From Deltaproteobacteria bacterium (GTDB lineage: Bacteria; Desulfobacterota_D; UBA1144; Nemesobacterales; UBA2774): a stretch of 35,465 nucleotides of DNA. The position numbers were made by a program, and so were the translations under genes. The stretch spans positions 1 to 35,465 of the forward strand of contig JAJCZT010000087.1 in the NCBI GenBank assembly GCA_029262255.1, given 5' to 3'. Below are positions 29,329 through 35,465 of this stretch, piece by piece. The notes under the pieces were generated by a model. The model ran no database searches. It saw nothing but the letters and a program-made list of their open reading frames with translations, and was not told the DNA's origin. Numbering within the stretch: the stretch's first letter is position 1; each line of letters opens with the position of its first letter.

Positions 29329-31223
29329 CGGCCCGCTAGCTTTTGATTCTCATCTCGTTTTAGATACACCATTAAAACTGAAATTGCCGCAGGAGTAACC
29401 CCGGAAATCCGGGTTGCTTGTCCTAAGGAGTTAGGGCGAACGTTTGTGAGTTTCTGGACCATTTCTCTCGACAATCCCGGGATATTGTCATAAGAAAAGC
29501 TCTCCGGTATAACGAAATCCTCAAGCTTTTTAAACTTATCAATCTGTTCCATCTGCCTTTTTATATATCCCTCGTATTTAACGTCCATCTCAATCTGGGA
29601 GACAACATCCTCGGTAATAAAATTCTGAGTGGGATTTAATTCAAAAAACCCAAGGTCTCGGTACGAGATTTCAGGGCGCCTTAAAAGTTCTTTTAGATTA
29701 TGAGGTTTTTTAATAGGAGAAGCGCCAAGGCGGATAAGAATCTCATTTACTTTGGCGTTAGGAACAACTTTAATGTTTTCCAACCTTGAGAGTTCTTCCG
29801 CTACTGCTTTTTTTCTTTTCGCGAATTTAGAGTAATCGTCTTCCTTCAATAGTCCGATCTTATAACCTAATTCTCCAAGCCTCATATCGGCGTTATCTTC
29901 TCTTAAAATAAGGCGGTACTCAGCTCGAGAAGTAAACATTCTATAGGGTTCATCTACCCCTTTGGTCACAAGATCATCAACCATAATACCAATATACGCT
30001 TCAGAGCGTTTTAGAATAAAGGGATCTTCCCCTTTTACTCGAAGTGCGGCATTTATGCCCGCAATTAGCCCCTGACTCCCGGCTTCTTCGTAACCTGTAG
30101 TACCGTTTATCTGACCCGCGAAATATAGGTTTTCTACCAATTTAGTCTCAAGAGTCGGCTTTAGCTGTGTAGGATCTACGTAGTCGTACTCAACAGCGTA
30201 TCCGGGCCTCATAATCTCAACCTCGTCCAACCCGTCTATAGTTCTTACCAACTCATATTGGACCTCGAGCGGGAGGCTTGTTGAAATTCCATTAGGATAT
30301 ATTTCATAGGTATTTAAACCCTCGGGTTCTAGAAAAACCTGATGACGGTCTTTATCGGGGAATTTTACAATTTTATCCTCAATTGAGGGGCAGTACCTGG
30401 GACCAACTCCTTTAATCTCCCCTGAGTAAAGAGGGGATTTATGCAGGTTCTTGCTTATTACCTCATGAGTTTTCTTGTTCGTATATGTAATGTAGCAAGG
30501 TATCTGCTCTCTATCGATTACATCATTTGAAAATGAAAATGGTTTGGGATTTTTATCCCCCGGCTGTGGTTCAAGCAGCTCCCATTTGATCGTCCGCCCA
30601 TCAAAGCGGGGTGGTGTGCCCGTCTTCAGTCTTCCAACTTTAAATCCAATGCTCCCGAATGATTCTGAAATACCGGTTGCTGCCGCTTCCCCGGCACGCC
30701 CTGAGGAAATTTTAGTGGCTCCAATATGGATAAGCCCGTTAGGAAAGGTTCCCGGAGTAACGACGACAGTATCTGCAAAGAAATGCTCTCCGAGATTAGT
30801 CTTGACTCCGGCTATACGCCCTCCTTCAACCAGAAACCCCTCTACCATTCTTTGTTTGATACCCATATTTTTCTCGGACTCAAGAGCCTTTTTCATATAG
30901 GCCCTATATGACTGACGATCAGCTTGAATCCTGGTAGCCTGAACTGCAGCGCCCTTTCTGGTGTTAAGTCTTCTGAATTGAATTGCGGCATGATCAGCGG
31001 CCTTTCCCATCTCTCCGCCAAGCGCATCTATTTCTTTTACAAGGTGCCCCTTACCAACGCCGCCTATTGAGGGATTGCACGACATTAAACCGATTGTGTC
31101 GATATTAGCCGTTAGCACTAGTGTACGGCACCCCATCCTCGAAGCCGCAAGAGCAGCTTCACATCCGGCATGGCCGGCCCCGATCACTATAACGTCATAA
31201 CTTTTAGGATAATTTATACTCAT
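29310..31223 (-). CDS. mnmG: tRNA uridine 5-carboxymethylaminomethyl modification enzyme MnmG/GidA
   Basis: GAGHAGCEAA, MSCNPSIGG, KTGTPPR, GPRYCPSIEDK, AGQINGTTGYEEA, EPYRMFTSRAEYRL. Confidence 0.98.
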   Translation of the reverse strand: MSINYPKSYDVIVIGAGHAGCEAALAASRMGCRTLVLTANIDTIGLMSCNPSIGGVGKGHLVKEIDALGGEMGKAADHAAIQFRRLNTRKGAAVQATRIQADRQSYRAYMKKALESEKNMGIKQRMVEGFLVEGGRIAGVKTNLGEHFFADTVVVTPGTFPNGLIHIGATKISSGRAGEAAATGISESFGSIGFKVGRLKTGTPPRFDGRTIKWELLEPQPGDKNPKPFSFSNDVIDREQIPCYITYTNKKTHEVISKNLHKSPLYSGEIKGVGPRYCPSIEDKIVKFPDKDRHQVFLEPEGLNTYEIYPNGISTSLPLEVQYELVRTIDGLDEVEIMRPGYAVEYDYVDPTQLKPTLETKLVENLYFAGQINGTTGYEEAGSQGLIAGINAALRVKGEDPFILKRSEAYIGIMVDDLVTKGVDEPYRMFTSRAEYRLILREDNADMRLGELGYKIGLLKEDDYSKFAKRKKAVAEELSRLENIKVVPNAKVNEILIRLGASPIKKPHNLKELLRRPEISYRDLGFFELNPTQNFITEDVVSQIEMDVKYEGYIKRQMEQIDKFKKLEDFVIPESFSYDNIPGLSREMVQKLTNVRPNSLGQATRISGVTPAAISVLMVYLKRDENQKLAGRHSISS

Positions 31224-31360
31224 TTTTACGATTCCTAATTACAAAAAGTATTGGAATTGTAAATACTTAATTGGGTAGCGTCAATTATTCATACTTGATC
31301 TTGGATAAAATAACAGATAGATGGTACAATGCTTTCCCAATACCAAGAGGACAACATTCA

Positions 31361-31684
31361 ATGGCAACGACAAGAGAAATATTTGAAAAAGTAGAGAAAA
31401 AAATAAGCGAAAGATCAGCTGAGTTATCTGAGCTAAGGGCAGTGTATAAGTTTGAATTAAACGGCCCTGACGGCGGCACCTGGATAGTAGACCTCAGGGA
31501 AGAAACCCTGGGCGTAAGACAAACAGGGGAAGATGCTCAATGTACTTTCAAATCCAGTGATGTGCACTTTGTAGAGATGTTTACTGGAAAACTCCGCCCG
31601 GAAAGCGCACTGCTGACCGGCAAGATAAAAATATCAGGTGATATCGGACTTGCCATGAAACTCGGTCAACTATTGAGGAAATAA
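31361..31684 (+). CDS. SCP2 sterol/lipid-binding domain protein
   Basis: YKFELNG..GGTWIVD, ALLTGKIKISGDIGLAMKL; start placed at ATG 31361 (AGAGGA SD, TGgTACAAT upstream). Confidence 0.88.
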   Translation: MATTREIFEKVEKKISERSAELSELRAVYKFELNGPDGGTWIVDLREETLGVRQTGEDAQCTFKSSDVHFVEMFTGKLRPESALLTGKIKISGDIGLAMKLGQLLRK

Positions 31685-31748
31685 GGGGCAAGGAAACTAC
31701 TAGTGTTCGAAGAAATATTGGTAGCTGAAGGCAAATATTGCATATCCC

Positions 31749-32774
31749 ATGAACCAAACACCGGAAAGAATTTATGTCGAAGAAAGCGTCTCTAACCACC
31801 CGCTTACAAAGAAAATTTTATCAAAAATAGAAAATGTCCCTCTTGTATATATTAAAGACTATAAGAAAATAGGAGAGGAAAAATCCTTCACCAAAAGAGC
31901 GGCTGAGGATAAAAATTCGCTTGCCCTTGCCAGCAAAAAGGGAGAGCTAGTTAAGAGTATTGGCAGGATGGATCATGGACAATTCTATTTATTTCACGAG
32001 ATAGATTGTAAATACGACTGCGAGTATTGTTACCTTCAATATTACTTCCAGACAAAAGTGCCCGTAATATTTGTAAACCGCGACGAGGTATTGGAGAAGA
32101 TTGAAGAAATACTAAAGAGTTTTGACACCCCCTACTTTCATGTCGGGGAAGTTTGCGACGCTCTGGCATTTGATTATCTTACTGAATTCTCTTTTGATAT
32201 GGTCAATCTTTTCACAAAGTACACAAATGGAACCATAGAATTTAGAACTAAGAGTACTAATGTAGAGAATCTAATATCTATTAAAAATCCTCCGCAAAAT
32301 ATCATCCCATCGTGGACTTTCAGCCCTCAAATAATTGCTGAGACAATTGAGCATAAGACCCCTTCATTTAATGAAAGACTATCGGCTGCAAAAAGGTGCC
32401 AGGAAGCAGGCTATACAGTGGGCGTGAGGCTCGATCCTATTATAAGGGTGCCTGGATGGGAAGATCAATATAGAAAGATGGTAGAGGAGCTGCTTACCAC
32501 TCTTGATCCCAGGAGAATAGACTATATTTCTTTAGGAACGCCAAAGCACAACAAGGTGCTTTTCGAAACAATAAAAAGGAGGTTTCCGGAAAGTCCCACC
32601 ATACTTGGAGAAATTTTTCCCTCAAATGACGGAAAGTATAAATATTTGAAATTTCAGAGGGTCCATATCTATAAGACGATGATTTCCTGGATTAGGGAAT
32701 TAGCCCGGGATATTAGAATTGATCTTTCTATTGAATCAGAGGAAGTAAAAGAATTGGTATTCCAATCGTGTTAA
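31749..32774 (+). CDS. Spore-photoproduct-lyase-like radical SAM protein
   Basis: CKYDCEYCYLQ (CX3CX2C), IEFRTKS, EHKTPSFNERL, GYTVGVRLDPII, DGKYKY. Confidence 0.85.
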   Translation: MNQTPERIYVEESVSNHPLTKKILSKIENVPLVYIKDYKKIGEEKSFTKRAAEDKNSLALASKKGELVKSIGRMDHGQFYLFHEIDCKYDCEYCYLQYYFQTKVPVIFVNRDEVLEKIEEILKSFDTPYFHVGEVCDALAFDYLTEFSFDMVNLFTKYTNGTIEFRTKSTNVENLISIKNPPQNIIPSWTFSPQIIAETIEHKTPSFNERLSAAKRCQEAGYTVGVRLDPIIRVPGWEDQYRKMVEELLTTLDPRRIDYISLGTPKHNKVLFETIKRRFPESPTILGEIFPSNDGKYKYLKFQRVHIYKTMISWIRELARDIRIDLSIESEEVKELVFQSC

Positions 32775-32783
32775 AACCTGTTG

Positions 32784-33653
32784 CTAATATCCATAAGTAT
32801 CTAAGCGATCCGCAATCTCAAGGGAAAAAGTTTTTAACTCCGGTTCGTTTAGATATGCGTAAGCCCGGCTTTTATTCGCCTGTTCTGCCACCTTTTCAAT
32901 ATCATTGTCTGAAGCTTTGAGTTCACAAAATTCAGATAATAATTTTAATATCTCACCCGGCCGCTCTAGAAAATCCTCATATTTGATCTCAACAGCACGA
33001 TCCCCAAGACGATCCACATGCGAGCGGGCTTCTTTAAAATACTCTTCCCATAAAGTAAATCCTTCCTCTAAAGAGCCGCCCCTTATATCTACAAAAACCC
33101 TGTTCCTTAGAATGAACTTGTGCATTAAGTAGTACCAGTAAATAGGTCGAAACATATTATGCCTCTCGTTTAATCTGGAGAGTCCCCTTTTTCTTCGAGT
33201 CATTAAACTATTCACAATATCTAGAGGATGACGGTATATATGTATTACTTTGGCATCGGGAAACATATCTAACCAAATAGGGAGCGTAAAAGTATTTCGA
33301 GGGTCTTTCCAGCCCCAGGGAATATCAAGCTTCTGTGGTGTACGGTGGCTCAAATATTTCCCAAAACCCAGATACGAAATCACGTGGGGTGTTTTCATTG
33401 AGAACTTAATAAATTCCCCAAACAGACCCCTGGCTTCTTTATCACGAAGCAGGTATTTAATCGTATCCGGATCCTCTAACCCACCGCTGCATTGAGTTAA
33501 CAACCAATCGTTTATTTCACGGAAAAATACAGCTTCATGGTTTCCAGTCAACTTTTTCCCAACAAAAAGTCCCAGACGATCCAGCATTCTGGTAAGCATA
33601 CTGGTTCCTGAACGGCTCATTCCAATAATTATAATAGGTGGACGGGTTTTCAT
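32784..33653 (-). CDS. PAPS-dependent sulfotransferase family protein
   Basis: IIGMSRSGTSML 5'-PSB loop, WGWKDP, IHIYRHPLD..S, IKYEDF. Confidence 0.9.
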   Translation of the reverse strand: MKTRPPIIIIGMSRSGTSMLTRMLDRLGLFVGKKLTGNHEAVFFREINDWLLTQCSGGLEDPDTIKYLLRDKEARGLFGEFIKFSMKTPHVISYLGFGKYLSHRTPQKLDIPWGWKDPRNTFTLPIWLDMFPDAKVIHIYRHPLDIVNSLMTRRKRGLSRLNERHNMFRPIYWYYLMHKFILRNRVFVDIRGGSLEEGFTLWEEYFKEARSHVDRLGDRAVEIKYEDFLERPGEILKLLSEFCELKASDNDIEKVAEQANKSRAYAYLNEPELKTFSLEIADRLDTYGY

Positions 33654-33664
33654 TTTCTAAAGTG

Positions 33665-33693
33665 AAATTACACTATATGCAGAGCAATGACAA
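33665..33693 (-). promoter_or_regulatory. sigma70-type promoter of the sulfotransferase gene
   Basis: TTGTCA-17 nt-TAATTT, 11 nt to ATG; no SD. Confidence 0.5.
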
Positions 33694-33797
33694 TGCACCC
33701 TACGATAGAACTCTAGTAATGAAATACAAGTTAGAATAAAAAAGTAGATATGGATTTTGGCTCTTTCCAGCTAAAATTAGGAATTAGAATTAATTCC

Positions 33798-35000
33798 CTA
33801 TCTCGCAAGAAAGCTTCTTAGAACATCACCTGTATCAGCTTCAGCCAGTTTTTCAAGCGCCCTTTTTTCAATTTGCCTGATACGTTCCCTGGTCAGATCA
33901 AACCTTCGGCCAATTTCATCTAAGGTGTAGGTACCATCCTGGTCTATTCCGAACCTAAGCCTTATAATTTCTTCTTCCCTAGGAGTAAGGATATTTAAAG
34001 CACCCCTTATTTCCTGGGTAAGCGCTGTAGTTGCCATCACGGAATCTGGCGCGGGTGACTTTTCATCAGATATAAAGTCTAAAAGAGTTGTTTTCTCTCC
34101 ATCCATAATTGGATTATCTAAACGAGCTGCGTCATTAGTTGATTCAAGGATTCTTTTTACACCCTCTACTGAGATTCCGGCTATTTCAGCAACTTCTTCG
34201 GGTAAGGGCTTTCTCCCCATTTCCTTATGGAGCATAGAGCTAATTCTATATACCTTACTTGCTTGCTCCAACACATAAACCGGGACTCTTATGGTTCTAG
34301 TTTGGTCTAGTAGCGCTCTTGAAATTGCCTGGTGTATCCACCATGAGGCATAGGTAGAGAATTTATAACCTTTTGTATGATCAAATCTTTCCACTGCTCT
34401 CATTAAACCAACATTACCTTCCTGAATTAAATCGGTTAAAGGCAATCCTCTGCCCATATATCTTTTTGATATGCTGACAACGAGCCTTAGGTTAGCTTTC
34501 ACAAACCTCTCTTTCATATCACACGCGCGTTCTGAATACGCTCTCACAAAAGCGGTAAGGCTCTCTATTCTTTTTGTTAGATCCTTTTCATTGGTACGGC
34601 TTTTGCTACCGGTTTTGGCTTGTCTTTTAAGTAGGCTTTCTCTTTTCTTTCTTACCTTTTCAGCATTAATAGTTAATTCCAATGCTTTGGCTTCACACTT
34701 TTTAATTTGAGCTGAAACCTCAACTTCTTCTTTAGCCGTTAAAAGAGATTCAACCGCCATATCTTTAAAATATACATAGAGAAGTCTGAACTGCTCATCA
34801 GGAGTCCATTTAGTCTCTTCTTGCTCCTCAACAACAGGACTGTCTTCGACCTCAAAGCTAAATTCAGGTTCATCATCAGTCATTCCATCATTTCTAATTG
34901 CAACAGATGGAAAAGCCTGATCTTCTTCCTGATTAAATTCTTCAAGTCCCCCAATCTCTGCTGGAGCCTGCTCAACTTCTCTAAACTTTGCTGATTTCAT
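33798..35000 (-). CDS. RpoD/RpoS-like sigma70-family sigma factor, non-canonical paralog
   Basis: [68 protein letters not shown]; start placed at ATG 35000 (AAAGGTG SD). Confidence 0.93.
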   Translation of the reverse strand: MKSAKFREVEQAPAEIGGLEEFNQEEDQAFPSVAIRNDGMTDDEPEFSFEVEDSPVVEEQEETKWTPDEQFRLLYVYFKDMAVESLLTAKEEVEVSAQIKKCEAKALELTINAEKVRKKRESLLKRQAKTGSKSRTNEKDLTKRIESLTAFVRAYSERACDMKERFVKANLRLVVSISKRYMGRGLPLTDLIQEGNVGLMRAVERFDHTKGYKFSTYASWWIHQAISRALLDQTRTIRVPVYVLEQASKVYRISSMLHKEMGRKPLPEEVAEIAGISVEGVKRILESTNDAARLDNPIMDGEKTTLLDFISDEKSPAPDSVMATTALTQEIRGALNILTPREEEIIRLRFGIDQDGTYTLDEIGRRFDLTRERIRQIEKRALEKLAEADTGDVLRSFLAR

Positions 35001-35051
35001 AATCGCACCTTTAACCAAATAAATTATAATGTTGATATATTTAACTCTGTT

Positions 35052-35081
35052 CCAGTAATTAAACGTCCCAGTAATTAAACG
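35052..35081. repeat. Perfect 14-bp direct repeat CCAGTAATTAAACG x2 (16-bp period) in the sigma factor leader
   Basis: 35052-35065 and 35068-35081. Confidence 0.9.
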
Positions 35082-35106
35082 GGGTATGGGCTACTGCAAC
35101 CGTACA

Positions 35107-35135
35107 ACTATACGGCTTTTGCAACTTTATGTCAA
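35107..35135 (-). promoter_or_regulatory. Near-consensus sigma70 promoter of the sigma factor gene
   Basis: TTGACA-17 nt-TATAGT; predicts a ~100-nt 5' UTR. Confidence 0.8.
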
Positions 35136-35226
35136 GAACTTTCTTCGCATTTGCAAAAAAAAATGAGGGGGCTTAATTGTTCAATGATTACAGGAGGTTG
35201 CAATGCCCTTCTACGCAGAAGCTAAC

Positions 35227-35250
35227 AAAAAAAGGGCTTGTCTTGCCCCT
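35227..35250 (-). terminator. Rho-independent terminator after the SPOR gene
   Basis: Minus strand AGGGGC-AAGACAA-GCCCTT-TTTTT, 6 nt after the stop. Confidence 0.7.
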
Positions 35251-35256
35251 GGAATA

Positions 35257-35465
35257 TTATTCCTTGGTATTTTCCCGCTCCAAAGACTCGTTATAGACCC
35301 TGCCCCTTTGCAAACTTTCAACAAATACGCCCCCGCCCTCTTTGCTTTGATACAGTGTTGAAAAATTCCACGCCTCTTGGGCTGTTTCAAACTTGCCAAC
35401 CTTAATGAGATTCCAGTCTTCTTCTCTTGAATTTGTGGATTGGACAATATAGGCATCGTACCCTT
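35257..35465 (-). CDS. C-terminal part of a probable SPOR (peptidoglycan-binding) domain protein; 5' end outside the window
   Basis: Frame from 35463: GYDAYIVQSTNSREEDWNLIKVGKFETAQEAWNFSTLYQSKEGGGVFV...TKE*; W..VG.F.T..EA pattern; followed by a terminator. Confidence 0.72.
   Translation of the reverse strand, partial: GYDAYIVQSTNSREEDWNLIKVGKFETAQEAWNFSTLYQSKEGGGVFVESLQRGRVYNESLERENTKE

Noticed and set aside
1724-34710. Many short ORFs nested in or antisense to housekeeping genes (e.g. 1724..2149, 8475..8819, 20504..20848, 21288..21659, 30544..30900)
   Set aside because: Typical reverse-frame shadows of well-supported genes, without recognisable motifs
29104-35081. The two tandem repeats as CRISPR remnants
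   Set aside because: Only two copies each, 14-16 bp long, 0-2 nt apart, and no cas genes
35211-35456. ORF-track call 35211..35456 (-), 81 aa
   Set aside because: Wrong frame: it runs through the terminator, while the frame ending at 35257 gives a SPOR-like sequence

Overview
AT-rich bacterial core-genome window. Gene content resembles deltaproteobacteria and relatives (e.g. Ca. Dadabacteria; taxonomy is inference only). It holds about 28 ordinary CDSs: pncB (partial), mlaE, a lipoprotein, glutaredoxin, gltX, hbd, coaE, a three-gene acyl-CoA carboxylase, rsmA, a membrane GAF-GAF-GGDEF diguanylate cyclase, ftsB, an MBL hydrolase, acyP, plant-type thrC, thiE, a deoxyhypusine-synthase-like enzyme, leuS, family-4 UDG, a secreted asparaginase, typA, an FZL-type dynamin, a YyaL/SPATA20-like protein, mnmG, an SCP2 protein, an SplB-like radical SAM enzyme, a sulfotransferase, a non-canonical sigma70 paralog and a partial SPOR protein. 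There is one tRNA-Arg(CCG). No integrase, transposase, CRISPR array or recognisable riboswitch was seen. Best leads: (1) an ftsB/6TM-GAF-GAF-GGDEF/rsmA locus matching the Myxococcus DmxA division-coupled c-di-GMP module; (2) two small proteins missed by the ORF track, each with its own promoter: a 52-aa basic-head/acidic-tail protein behind a 16-bp tandem repeat, and a leaderless 27-aa membrane peptide in a tRNA-adjacent islet; (3) repeated leaderless or near-leaderless promoter architecture; (4) two plastid-like genes (FZL-type dynamin, plant-type threonine synthase).
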